This document shows positions 1 to 13,825 of a DNA stretch of 64,000 nt, one piece after another. The first letter of the stretch is position 1. Each line of letters begins with the position of its first letter. A program made the translations under genes and the position numbers. Source of the DNA: the human T2T-CHM13v2.0 reference genome, Homo sapiens. The stretch lies in NCBI RefSeq assembly GCF_009914755.1, contig NC_060931.1, one strand, 5' to 3'. The notes beneath the pieces were generated by a model, which searched no databases, was not told where the DNA came from, and saw only the letters and a list, made by a program, of their open reading frames with translations.

Positions 1-631
1 ATGCCCCCTATCCTGTGCCCACATAAACTCCACATCCCAGGCTCCAGAAGCGGCCGAACAGATGAAAAGCAGAAATGCAGGGCATTTCGAAGGAGAGAAG
101 AGAAGGAGTGTCTGAATGCCGAGAGGAGTTTGTCTGGGGACTATTGGAAAGGAGGTTGGCCACTAGACAGCCAAACTCCAGGGGAAGATCATCTCCCCAC
201 TCCATTCCCCTCCCAACTCCCCATCCATTCTGTGGAGAGCCACCTCCACCACTTACTAAAACCCCAGCTTTCACCCTTCTAGTCTGTGTGCGACCTGATT
301 CTTCCTGGATGCTGGATTGGACCTGGGTGCCAAGAGGGTTCACTGAGCTGTCTAACACTTAAGCCATCCGTGGATGGCAAGACTAAAAGAGCGCACTGTA
401 ACTCAGGCCTACTTGGGCTTCAGGAGTGTCAGACATCCACTCCTAGATGCTGCCATGGGGCTGGAGCCCAAAAGCGCTCCCCTTGGTTCCTGCACCTGCC
501 CGTCTGCGTGCTCGCCCTCCCATAAAGGGTTTGAGCTTGTTCAAAGGAGAGAGTTTGAGAGCTTGTTCAAACAGAGAGCCACACCCGCGTGGCAAGTCCT
601 GTGAGGGTGGTCAAGGAACTCTCCCAACTCA
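1..631 (+). mobile_element. ERV1-class LTR, MER50-like (truncated by window start)
   Basis: GC-richer block with cactgagctgtctaacacttaagccatc...ctaaaagagc, ending ggaactctcccaactca, which resembles the recalled MER50 3' end. Confidence 0.65.
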
Positions 632-1050
632 CTAGTAAACTGAAAAGCCAACAACACAAAATACATTTTCCAGGTAGAAATCAGAGAGAATTTTTTAAAT
701 GTTAAATACTGAGTCCACTTCTTGCTTATTTTCAAATTTTCACACATTTTCAAATTGGATTTAGAATTAAAATCTGTATAAATTCCTATGTTACATGAAT
801 CTTGAATTCCTTTCTCACCTGTCTCCTACCCTTCTATCCTTAGTCCATTGAGCTTTAGCCTCATTTTGGGTTCCTTAAATTTGCCACACTTAGGAGTTTT
901 GTTGCCATTTCTTCTATTTTGAGCATTCTTCCTGTTTTTCTTTTTTGTGGCTAGCTCTTTATTTTCATGTGAACCCCAGAATCAGTCTCATTCATTGATT
1001 TTCTATGATATAATTATCTTCCTAATTCTTTACCTCCAATGGATCACTGC

Positions 1051-1464
1051 TGTATTAGTGCTGCCATAAGAAATTACCACAAACTAGATGGTTTACAACA
1101 ACAGAAATTTATTCTCTCACAATTTTAGAGACCAAAAGTCTGAAAGCCAGGTGCTGAAAGGGCCATGCTCTGTACAAAGGATCTAGAAGTGAATTCTTCC
1201 TTGATTCTTCTGGTTTCTGGTGGCTCCTGGCACTTTTCACCTTTTGGAAGCATAAGTAATTCTGCCTCCCTCCAAGCTCACATGGCCTCTTCTTTATGTG
1301 TGCCTCTCTGCATCCTCTCCTTTTCTGATAAGGGCACCAGTCATTCAATTTAGGGCCTACCCCAATCCAATGTGACCTCTGCAAAAACCCTACTTCCAAA
1401 TAAGGTCACATTCTGAGGTTTGGGTAGACATGGATTATGGAGGGATACTATTCAACCCACTGTA
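1051..1464 (-). mobile_element. MaLR LTR, MLT1 family (MLT1C-like)
   Basis: tgtattagt...gccataagaaattaccacaaact...acaacagaaatttattctctcaca...ttccaaataaggtcacattctgagg...attcaacccac. Confidence 0.8.
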
Positions 1465-2174
1465 GTCACTATTTGATATTTTTCTTGATTTATGTATTGT
1501 ATACTTAATTGTTATCCTTACTTAATCCATGACAACCACCCTGAGACAAGAAACATTACCTACATGCTTATGTGCTATACTGATATATAAGAGATATTTA
1601 ACAAATCTTTTTTCTTTTTAATGAAGAAGCGATGGTTCCAATACTCATAGCCTGAAGCTCTCAAACATTTGAATCATATAACTAATTCCTTTTGTCCTGA
1701 TTTCATGGTAAATAGAAACCTCCCATTGTATGCTTTTCTATCTCATTCACAGTTATATTTATCATTGCAAATTAGTAAATTATCATTCTGCTTTCCACAT
1801 TGAATTTTGTACCCTAGATTCAGCATCTCTGAGTACATAAGCTCTGGAAATCTGGCAGATCAGATTCCTGAGCATGTGAGGACTAGATAATGGGCCTTGT
1901 TGAATACAAGATTATTCTACTTTGTGTGGCTTTTTAAACATTAATTTTTAGAATATTTCCTGGAGATACCCTAAACTTACTGAAGCTGCTCTTTATTCAA
2001 GTAATAGGCAATAGGCAATGGCAACAGAGGAAAACCAGCAGAGGATAAAGATAATACCATAAATCCTAGAATGCTCTTTCAATTTTATAATAGGCATCAT
2101 AGATTCAAGCTCTTCCTCTTCTCTATGAGGGTGTGTGTGTGTTTTAAATTCTTGTTATTGATATCCTATCACAG

Positions 2175-2495
2175 AAGGTTGCATCCTTGGCTGGATATAA
2201 ATGTCACTTGAGAAGCTTTTAGAAATCCTGATCCTCCGGCAGCACCCTGAACCAATTTTATCATAACACCTAAGGGTGAGACTCAGCACTTTTTTCAGCA
2301 CTAAAGTTGAGTTCTCAACACTTTTATTCTTTAAAAATATTTGGCAAATAAAAAATTGAATATATTCAAAGCCAATGTAAACCTACATATACATTGTCTA
2401 CCGATCTCCACAGTCAAATTAATTAACACATCCATCACCATAGATAGTTTCGTTTTTAAACAGATTCCCATACAAAAACTGTTGATAATCACTGT
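2175..2495. mobile_element. Degenerate MER5-like hAT element, apparently interrupted by a small old L1 fragment
   Basis: Weak resemblance only (tcacttgagaagcttttagaaatcctgat...actgttgataatcactg). Confidence 0.35.
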
Positions 2496-4762
2496 TCATC
2501 TAATCTGTTTTCTTGAGTTCAGGTTCTCCTGTTTTATTTTTAATCTTTCGTAGGGCAGATACTTTTAGGGTGTCTTGTGATTCTGTTGAAGTGTTCTTAT
2601 TGGTAGTTCAGCTTCTCTTTCAGGCATTTGGTTATTTTAGCTCAGTAAGTCTGTCTGGGGTGGAACACTCAAACCACGGCTGGCCCTTTTACTACCCACA
2701 GTTTTCAGTGATTCTAGCAGAGGGGCAAGATTAGCCTTAGACAGAGGCTAACCTGCTCTTCTTTCTTTCATTTTTTCTCAAGCATTCCCAGCTGCCTATG
2801 GCCTCGTCTTCTGTCTCCGTCCATGGAGTTCTAGCTGGCGACAAACACGAATGCTATAGATTGTACTGGTGGAGAAGTGTGTGTGGTGTGAGATGGCAGA
2901 GGAATAGGAAATGGGCTTGGGCTGACAGACTATTCCTTTTGTGATACCCCAGTTAATTCTAATGTGCGTGCTCCAGCCTCCTCTCACTGCAGGCCCTACC
3001 ATGGAATTTCTGTGGCTTTGCTCCTATTAAGTTTTGAAAATCACACTCTTCCACAAGTTTGATGAGCTGACTTTCTTCTGCATGATCAAAGTTTGTCCCT
3101 TTTCAGTCTCTTGGGAATAACTCTGTTTTGATCTTCAGAAACTTTACTTACCACTTCTGAGCATTACCCTACATCTATGCAACGTTTAAAAACATAAGTC
3201 TTAAAAAAATATTTAGTTCTAGGGTTTAATATGAGTGAAGGGGACTGTGGCGTGTCCTCAGTGTGCCTTTTTGATCAATGCTATGGTGCAATATCAAGTT
3301 TTCTACACTTGATACTATACTACGTATATGTATACACTCACACCCGTTTGTTGTTCATACTCAAATACAGCACTCTCATTTTAAAATATGTGTTAAAGTC
3401 TGACATGTTTCTAATAGTAATGTAATTACAAATCAACCAATTAAACACTCATTGAGTACCTACTACTATGTGTCTTGAACTATGCTTGCAGCAACAGACA
3501 TAGAGACAAATCAGATATGTCATTTTTTTCCCAAAAAGCTCACCATCTGAGTTAAGATGCCAGTCAAATTAAAATGTAAAGTATATGCTGTATGGGCATA
3601 TAAAATAGAAAGTGCTGGAACAGAGACATATGGGAAGCTTTTCTGAAGATAACAAAACATAAAATAAGTAAAATGGCCTATGCCCTTGAAGGATCAAAAT
3701 TCGGTATCTGTCATTACTTTTCTGGTTTGTGTGAATTGTCAGTGTCCTCTGCGTTCTTCATCTGAGTTCAGGGAATTTTACTGGGAGGATAGTGGTGCTT
3801 TTGTTAAGGCCTCATAATTGGAGTCATCTGACTTCCTATGGACATGGTTATCTGAGCACTAGAAGCCTCTGTTAGTTTTCCATTCCTTATACACTTTGAC
3901 ATTGCCTATTTGTCTTGTGAACTGTGTTAAATTTTTGCTTAAAATGTGTCACTCTATCTTAGCTCAGTGTCAGACTGACCTGCCTGCTACCATTGTTTCA
4001 TTGGTGACTAATCTACGTGGCAAGTGCATTTCGTCAATGGTGTTATTGTGTTCTTTTTGCCTGGGGTCACTATATTTGATTTTAGAAAATATCATTTTAT
4101 TGCTGTTTTTCATACATACTTACCCCATAATAGTTTGAGTAAACTATGTCAATTTATTGGCATTAAAGTGGCTTTTCTTTATCCAGATCTTATTGGAGAA
4201 TCTTGTGTTGTTTCATGACTAAACTCTTCTGAGAAAAATACATTTTCAAAAATTGTTACAACTTAATTGTATGAAAGTGTTAAGTGGTGGTTTCCTTTTT
4301 AATATCAGTTATTTTGATATATTGCATTAGCTGGTGATTGTGAAAAATAGAGAAATTACTCTACATAACATCATTGCAGACCGACGTGTTTTATGACATT
4401 TCATATATCTTTCTAAAAATTGTAGTTGATAAACAACAATCAATCCTGATATTATTTTCTGCAATTTTGCACAAATGTTTCAATATTCCTTTGTTTTCCT
4501 ATTTCATTTTTGCATTTAATATTCTATAAACTTGATCAAGGCAATAAAAATATTGTATTAATTAGAAAGTACTGACAAATTTGAGGAACTATTGAGAAGT
4601 TGTGAATTAAAATATTTACATTGCTAGTTTAACTGCAGGGTCAGCTTTTGCCCAAGTATTTTGGTAGTGGATATCTTTATTATGTAGGTAATTGCAGATA
4701 CATAACTAACTAACATTCAGAGTTGAGTTGGTTGGCAGTAAGTAAGAAGCCCAGTCTATTTT

Positions 4763-4887
4763 ATATTTTTCTTTTTAGAGATGTGAGTCTCACTATGTTG
4801 CCCATGCTGGACTCGAACTCCTGGACTCTAGAAAACCTCCAGCCCCAGACTCCCGAGTAGCTGGGACTACAGACATTCGTGCCCAAT
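4763..4887 (-). mobile_element. FLAM (free left Alu monomer)
   Basis: gtctcactatgttgccc...actcctgg...cccgagtagctgggactacag, flanked by direct repeat agaagccca(g/t)tctatttt. Confidence 0.75.
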
Positions 4888-7800
4888 AGAAGCCCATTCT
4901 ATTTTAAATGTAATATGTTTTAAATACTTTGGGAAATAATTCACCATTTTTAAAACATAATTTTGTTATATCCTAATGGGAAAGTCTTTTCCTCAATTTC
5001 GATTTGACTCTTTTTAAAGTTATTCCTTATTTTTAAAATATTAGGTGCTATAATAATACGTAATTAAGATTAATAGTCTCTCATTTTAAAAGTAGAGGAA
5101 TTAAAGTTTTTATAAATGTACCTCTCATTTGAAACCACAGTCATTTGGAGAATTCATATAATATCAGTTTTCTCAGTTAACAAAGAATTTGGGAGAATCA
5201 ATCCAAGTAAGAAAATATAATATTCAACTCCACTGGGATTTCAGAGTTAAGAGATAGTGGCAGAAAAGAGGTGCTGTTAAGAGAATGTTCCTGAATAAGT
5301 AGATTGTCTACGTTTTTCCACGTTACTCTGTCCCACTTACTCATTTAGTTTTATATTACTTCCTTTCCCCTATTAACTATATTTCCCCTCAATTGCCTAT
5401 GAGAAAGCTAAGAAAGAAAAGCATTTTCTCATGATATTGTTTCTAACAAGGAAGGCCTTGGAGGCTAAAGAAATATTTTTTAGGTGAAGGTTTATTTATT
5501 CAACATTTGCAGATGTACTCATTCACTTGTTAATTTTGGTTCTCCATCAGTGAAATATATTATAATTTTGTGATTTATGGTACCTACTTACCTTTTAATA
5601 AAAATAGGTGAATTTAAGCAAATGAACTAAACTCATGTGTGGAATCTACATATGTCAAACACTTTGACTCTATTCATGTAATTATGACCTCAAATAGCAT
5701 TAGTTAAGTTTTACCAACTGACACTGATGGAAACTATCATAGATTTACAATGTGTCATTTTTTTCTTTTCCTGAATGTTTTTCATTTGAAGAAGGACAGA
5801 TGTTGAGATTCAAACTGAGTGGGGCCAGTTCTCAATTAAGTAGTTTCCACTTGATTATATGTTCATGGCATAATATTTGCAAGTGCAAGTTCTTACATGG
5901 TTGGGTTAGTTAGCTAAATTTTATGTTATGATAAGATACAGAGGAGTTTGTCTCATATTAAAGGATTTCTGTGTGTTATGACAGTTTAGAGTATATGCAC
6001 ATGTTCTGGAACATTAGAGGTTCTCAATATTTGTTGAATGAATAAAGTAAGGTGTGTATTATCATCAAAATTTAATAACAGTGGTAAAAGGAAATGATTA
6101 TAGCACAAATAGTGGAAATATCAAATTATATAATAATCAGTTTTAGTACTTATAACACATTTTATCCTCCTACTTGGTATATCTGCCATTCTGGGTACTT
6201 CCACCACTTCAGTTTGTATATTGAAGCCACTTTGAAAAGACTAATTTTCAGCCACAGCTGCAGAACGGCTTGACTGTTTTAGCCTGCACACTAATACTGA
6301 CCTGTTACTCATTTTATAGAGCTATCACCATCACTTGTCAGACTGATTCAAATCATTAGCTGAAATAGCTTACTCCTTTATGTCTTTTGATTTTGAGTTT
6401 GTGAATTGTCGATTGTGAATTTCACCACCGTTGAAAGTGAAGAAGGAATAAGATGTCTTTATTCCATCCTTCCTGATTCATTCAGGTGCAGCCATCCCCA
6501 CTTAGCTGTATCTAACCACCTACCAGAACATCACTAACTCCATGTCTTTAATTTTTCTAACACTTACAATGTGTTGTGCATAACTTTGTGTTGAAGTGAA
6601 GTGATGCTTTCCATGATTTACTATGTGGTAGGAAGTGTGATTTACACATTTAGTACATTGTGTTTTTAAGATCTTTACAGAAACACTGTAGATAACTCTT
6701 TTTATTCCCATTTAGCAAAGATGATAAGTAGCTTGTTAGTAAGTAGTAATGACAGGCTATATCTTTCATTCAACAAATAGTTGTTAAGCACTTACTATGT
6801 ATAAAGCACTTTGCTTAATGCTAAAGAAAACTGTGGGAAAAACAGATATGCTAGATATATACTTGTTTAATGTTTTATTGTGGGTTTCACACACTGAACT
6901 GTAAAAGCCTTTAGTGTAGGAATTTTGCCTTTTTCTCTTTCACTACTAAATCCTCAACATTTAGAAACATTTTTAACATAGAGTAGTAGCCCTCATAAAA
7001 CATTTACTGAATGAATGAATGACCAAAATATGTCCTCTTGGAGTGCTGACATATGGGTCAGAGGTCTGGACGGGATATCACCTGCAGAAGCAATTCCTCG
7101 CTCAGGATTCCAAATCCAACTTAAAAATGAGAGGCGATAATTATAATCTATTTTCTATGCTCATTATCTAACCTCATCAATTGAGTTTTGTCAAATATTA
7201 GATAAATTTAAGATTCTGTCAAATTTTTCCAAAATGCAAAAGGAAGAAGGCAAAAATCAAATAAGGAAAGGAGATTTCACCACTGAAAGTAGGACTTTTA
7301 ACAGTTGGAAATAACTTCAATGCGATTTATAAAAAGCTTTTACTTCATGCAAGGAAATCACACAGGAATAGGTCCCCAGGGAAAATGTCAGGTGCAGGTG
7401 GCCTAAAATAATGGAGCTTTTAAGTTTCTATACTCATTTGGAATCCTGTAATGTTACATTCTTCAAGATAATGATGCATGGAGATGCCTTTCAATTCATA
7501 AATAAAATGTCAAAAACAAAAATTGCCACGAAATTCAAACAGGCATTTTATGATGTGAAAATAGCCTTTGCAAAACCCCTAGATGCTCATATCCTGAGAG
7601 GTCTTTACTTGAAAAGTTGACAGACTTTTGATATTTTCCCCTAACGCAAACCCATTCTCAAGACTGAACTCTTCCTGAAGTATATTTTTAAAAGTGAACA
7701 CACAATTAAAAGTTATGCATTATATCAGCACAATGTGAAAGAAATGAGTAATCTAAACTCCTAGGATCTTTCTACATAAAAGCAAAATAATAATTAAGAA

Positions 7801-8035
7801 GGGGTTAATAGGAACCAAGTCATAGAAGCTACTAGTAGCAAATTGAAAAGCAGAGAGTTACCAGTATAAAACATTTGTTCTGGAAATATCAAAAATATTT
7901 ACACATAAACAAATTTATATAAAAAGTACATTTGTATAAATATTTCAGTTATCATAGAGAAATATTTATGTTAACTTCATACATCATAGAGACAGTGCTA
8001 TTTAGTATGATCAGCACTGTAAGAGACATTAATCC

Positions 8036-8354
8036 AGCTGGGCATGGTGGCTCACACCTGTAATCCCAGCACTTTGGGAGGCCCAAGTGGGTGGATCACC
8101 TGAGGTCAGGAGTTCGAGACAAGCCTGGTCAACATGGTGAAACCCTGTCTCTACTAAAAATACAAAAATTAGCCGGGCATGGTGGCATGCACCTGTAATC
8201 CCAGCTATTCAGGAGTCTGAGGCAGGAGAATCACTTGAACCCAGGAGGCAGAGGTTGCAGTGAGCCAAGATCATGCCATTGCACTCCAGCTTCGGCGACA
8301 GAGCAAGACTCGGTCTCAAAAACAAAAACAAAAACAAAAACAAACAAAAAAAAC
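8036..8354 (+). mobile_element. AluSx-like
   Basis: Full dimer with (CAAAAA)n tail. TSD agacattaatcc at 8024-8035 and 8355-8366. Confidence 0.93.
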
Positions 8355-8883
8355 AGACATTAATCCTAGCGTCAAAGCCTTCGACTACATGCCCATTTCT
8401 CTGTGTAATAGGGCTAAGAAGGCTGGAAATACCTGACAGAAGAAAGCAGCTCTTGAATTACTTCTGAGGCTTTTTAATTTAACTGTATGTCTTGTGAATT
8501 GTTGTAGCACGTAAACCTCTTTTTAAAAGATGCTCATCACTTTCTATTACATATTTCAGCATCAACTATCTTATCTCAACTGACAGGTTGTAACCCCCTA
8601 GAAGTCAGGTTTATATTTCCTATGCTGAACACACAGTAAGGATTTGATAAATAATTTTTGTCCAGCAAGTAAATGAGATATATCAATATATTTTGGTCTT
8701 CCTGAGCCCATTGTCAATCCTTTCATCCTGCATGTTTGATTAATTTTTACATATTCTAAGCATGTGACAGATGATAGCCTATCATACACACCTGTTTCTG
8801 GTTCATAAATCTCTAAATAAATCATCAGATTATGATGATAGTATGGATGTATGAGACGGCATGACATTTTTAAAAAGTGAACT

Positions 8884-9166
<283 letters not shown>

Positions 9167-9833
9167 CTAACAATAGTACAAGTGCCTGGGTATCCACAAT
9201 TATGAGCAGTGATGTACAGGTCTCTCATGGAAGGAGAGACTGAAGTAAAGTAAATTTTGCAGGAAAGCAGAAGAGGCAGTAATGTGGTTAATGAGATTTG
9301 GGGAAGATCCTTCCTATTCCGGAAGTACTTCCCTGTTAGTGTATTATGTTGTAATTCAGGCCGTTCAACATTCCATCGTTTACAGCAATTATTTTATGTA
9401 TGTTATGATGCACAACCTGAAAAATTGTGAGAATCACATTTGAAATCTGTTTGGAACAATCCTGTGATACTTGTTGCATATCCCAAGGGATTTCCTTGGT
9501 TCACCTTCTTTCCTCTGTAATCTATGGAAAGTTTTGAGGAAGAACTTGAAAAAAAAGCTTCTCCTTAAAAAAAAAAAATCACTCTAGGAAGAGAATGAGA
9601 ACAATTGCATTTGGGCACTCTCACCTGAGACAAAAAAAAAGTCTGATGCAAAAATCTTCATCTTTCCTGAAGTCTCTTCTGGTTGAGTTCAAATTGAAAA
9701 TTCTTAAAAGAAATGATTAAGGACATTTAAAAATGTGTGTAGACTTATTACTACTATTGTTCAATTGTGTGGATCAAACCAGGAACCAGAATATGTAAGA
9801 TGTAGGAAGGCCAGGGCAGTAGAGGAACTGGAA

Positions 9834-9852
9834 TGGCACCATCTAGTGGCAC
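9834..9852 (-). promoter_or_regulatory. Candidate CTCF binding site
   Basis: Minus strand GTGCCACTAGATGGTGCCA closely fits the core CCASYAGRKGGYRS. Confidence 0.65.
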
Positions 9853-12606
9853 AAGGAACTGCTGTGGCTTCCGAGCACAGGGGTCTGACGCTGGGTATGT
9901 GAGTATCAGCTAAGACAGGCTCTTAGCTGGATCTAAAAGAGCAGCAGGAACTGAAGGTGGGTAGTGGCAGGGTCCAAGACAGAACTTGAAAAGTCAAGAA
10001 TTGTAGGAGAAACGTACAACTATGAGATGTATATGACATTTTATTTCTCCAAGTTCTCCTTGAGTTTTGTGGGAAAGATGGAACTTTTGAGTTTCTTACC
10101 ACTGAAATGTACTTCCCTAGAGAAGGAGAAGTTACAATCCATTTTATAAGCCAAAGGTGTATAAAATGCAAAGATGAGGAAGGTGAATGGCTGCTTGCAT
10201 CATAAGAAGTGTTGCTTTCCAACAGCAATTTTAGCTTTGAATGTAAGAATCCTACAAGTGACTTGTTTTTAAATATGAATACATAGATAGGGCTAAAATG
10301 TGGACATGTTTAAATTAGTTCAAACACACACACACACACACACAGAGTACATAGGTAAAACAACCCAAGATTTGAGAATCTGTGTTCCAGCTAAATTAGC
10401 TACTCCCTGAACCAACCATTAAGTCATGCCTTTTTTCAGATTAACCCAAACCCCAAAATTATCTTTTCTGTAGCTTCACTGTAACTATTGTCTTGAAAAT
10501 TCAGATTTCTAAAAGGAAGAAAGGTAAAGTTAGTTATCCTTCCATCTTTTCTCCCACTGATCTTCTTACTTCCACTTTTGCGTAATTACTCTGAACCCTC
10601 AGTCATATGTAGCTCTTTTGCTTTGACCTGGAGAGACATTCCTCCTCTCTGGAAGTGGTCAGAGTGCTCCTGTTCCCACCCTCTGACCTGGCTATGTACT
10701 TTGTGGTTCTCTCTTCAACCCCAAAGAGAAAAGGATGCAGAGTCTCCCGGAAAGCGTAGTTCTTCTTCCATGCTGAACAATTTTCCACCATTTCTCATTA
10801 ACTAATTGAAACCTTGCCCATTTTACATAACATTTATGTCATGAGCTACTGGCCCCTACTCTATGGTGGTCAGCACAGGATTTGAGTGGAAGGCATGTGG
10901 ATTCTCTACCGCATCTGGCCAAGAAAACAGTTCCTAAAGGATCTTGGTTCTAAGTAACTTCCCATAAATATGTGTCAGGACAACACATTTATCCATGCAT
11001 ACCTAAGAGTGGACTGTTTGCTATCAATGGAGATTTGGATTGTAGGATTCTTTGGCACTGGGCTTTGTGTCTAATGATATGGCTGTTAATGCTATATGAA
11101 ATTTTTATTAAAGGGCTACCTCTTTAGGATAAAAATATAAAAGTATGACTTTTACCATCACATTAAGAAGCCTAACACATAATGATACAGATGAAATGGT
11201 TATGTTTGATGAGAGAGATACTAAACTAGCACTTCTTTGTTAGTGACTTAATTTTGTCCTGTAACAACTGCTCAGTTAGTTCAGTTAGTGCACCGTATCT
11301 TCTTTAGAAACTTTCCCGCACCTCACTTTGCCCCGATTCCCATTCCCATTGCTCCCAATTTATCCCTTCTCTCCAACAAAAATTTAGGAGCTTATGTTAC
11401 ACATTAGCAAATCAGCAGTATTTTAAGATGATTTACAGAGAGCTTAAGATAAAACCGTACTTTTCAAACTCCATAGCTGGAAACTCCCTTGAGCTTTAAT
11501 TTAAAGTCTCTGCTTCCTGAAATCTCATTGACATAAAACATTCAGGACTTCAGTTCTAAATGATTTTGTGGAAGTGATTTTTAATAGGCATATAATACTG
11601 CTGTTATTTAATAAACTATTTTCATACAAATAATAGTATAAGTACTTTTTTTTAACTTTTCTTAAGGACAGACATTCTGTTTGACAGAATGTATGGATCT
11701 GTGACAACTGACAGTCCAAGAAGTTCATAGCCTTCTTAAACACATAGTGTCTGCTGCTTTGACGTGCAACAGTGAGTACAACATAAAAAAATTATTTCAC
11801 TTTTTCATGACCCTACTTGAATTTTTCAGGACAGATTATTGGGTGATTTTAACATTATTGCCAAATTTTAATTGTAGAATTAATGGTAGACATTGATAAG
11901 GACGGTGAACGGGTAAACTTACTGAAACCTTTGTAAATATCCGCTGGTACTTAAACAATGCACACATGGATTTTATTTATGATGATTTTCAATAACCCTG
12001 AACTTGGGATCAGTTGGTTGTAGTGTAAAAAGCAGTAGTAGACCACCCAGTATGAATTGAAAAATAAATCTTAAAAATATATGGCATGTATGCATGAATA
12101 CATTGTTAATGTTGGTTGTATTTTTAAATATTGGCTCTATATATTATTGGGTTTCAGTGGCACCAAAATTTTCTAAGGAAATAGCCTCTGATTACTGTTT
12201 TTGCTAAAGTTGCATATTTTAGTTTAAAAGGTCTTTCAGTGGGTAACTTGAGTATTTCTATTTATAGGAAGTATTTAAGTTACTATATTTCCTTCATAGA
12301 ATACAAATACTATGAAAATTACTGGAAAAAATTTTTGAGAAATCAAACAACTCTCACTGCCGCCAAACTTCATGAAGCCCAATACTGTAATAATTCAGAA
12401 AAATGTGTACTTTCATTACACTGAAAGCCTAAAAGAAATGAGAAGATAACATTATCTATAAAGTAATACCATTACATTGCAATGCACTGACTCTCTGAAG
12501 GATGTTGTCAGCTGGATAAAAATATTTCTGTAGTTGAGGTGTTGCATATTCTTTTCTTACCAATTTTTTTTATAAGGGATGCATTACTTTTGAAAAGCTA
12601 AATAGG

Positions 12607-12941
12607 GGCCAGGTGCAGTGGCTCATGCCTATAATCCCAACACTTTGGGAGGCCGAGGCCGGCGGATCACTTGAGTGAAGGAGTTAGAGACCAGCCTGGC
12701 CAACATGGTGAAACCCCATTTCTACAAAAACTACAAAAATGAGCTGGGCATGTGGTGGCATTGTCTGTAGTTCCAGCTATTCGTGAGGCTGAGATGGGAG
12801 GATCACCAGAGCCCGGGGAGGTTGAGGCTGCAGTCAGCCATGATGGCGCCACTGCACTCCAGCCTGGGCGACAGACCCTGTCTCAATAATAATAATAATA
12901 GTAATAATAATAAGAAGAAGAACAAGGAGAAGAAGAAGAAA
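12607..12941 (+). mobile_element. AluJ with (AAT)n(AAG)n tail
   Basis: Right arm ggaggatc...gaggctgcagt...agaccctgtctc is J-type. Confidence 0.9.
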
Positions 12942-13320
12942 AGCAGAATAGTAGAAATAGTAGGAGTAGAAATTCTCCTACCCCCAATTTACCCTATATC
13001 ATTGCTGAGTAAATATTACTTAGAACACAAATACTTTCTAATGACTTTCATCACGGCAACTCTGAAATATTTAATATTTTCATCAGCACACTAAGTAATT
13101 TTAACCTGATGTTTTAGGGCCCTTACATCTTAGTATCTGATCCTCACCCCTAAGGCCAGCAAACCTTGGAAGCAGGTAAGCCTTCTTAGAACTCAGACAG
13201 GAGAAAGCCTGAGTGGAGCCACTGGGCCAGTGAAATCCTGACAAATCATTGGGTAAGAACACTCCAAATTTGTGCCCCTGAAAGAGTGAGATACAAATTT
13301 GTATGAATCACTCAATTAAG

Positions 13321-13659
13321 CAGTGGTTTCCAACCTTTTGGCATCAGGGACTGGTTTTGTGGAAGACAGTTTTTCCACAGACGGGGGTGTTGGGAATGAT
13401 TTCGGGATGAAACTCTTCCACCTCAGATCATCAGGCATTAGTTAGGTTCCAACAGTGAGCACCCAACCTGGATCCCTGGCATCCACAGTTCTCAGCAGGG
13501 TCCATGCTCCTATGAGAATCCAGTGCCACTGCTAATCTGACAGGAAATGGAGCTCAGGTGGTAATGCTGGCTCCTCCATCACTCACCTCCTACTGTGTGG
13601 CCCATTCCTAACAGGCCATGGACTGGTACCACACTGTGGCCTGGGAGTTAAAAGCACTG
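13321..13659 (+). mobile_element. MER1B (hAT-Charlie DNA transposon)
   Basis: cagtggtttccaaccttttggcatcagggactggttttgtggaagaca...cctcagatcatcaggcattag...ttcctaacaggcc...cactg, with terminal inverted ends. Confidence 0.85.
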
Positions 13660-13825
13660 GGCTCAAGCATTGTTGTGCACACAAATCACCTGCGAATTGA
13701 CTAAAATGTTGATTTTGATTCTGTAGGTCTCGTGTGGGTCTTATGTATCCGTATTTCTCATGAACTCCCAGGTGATAGAAATGTCCATATTCCACACTTT
13801 GGTCACATGTTTTGAGTATGCTGGA
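13660..13825. mobile_element. MER5-like fragment
   Basis: aatcacctg...tgattctgtaggtct...atttctcatgaactcccaggtgat...ccacactttg. Confidence 0.55.

Noticed and set aside
1-635. Cluster of overlapping 62-116 aa ORFs
   Set aside because: They lie within a GC-richer LTR where stop codons are rarer, and show no recognisable protein motif.
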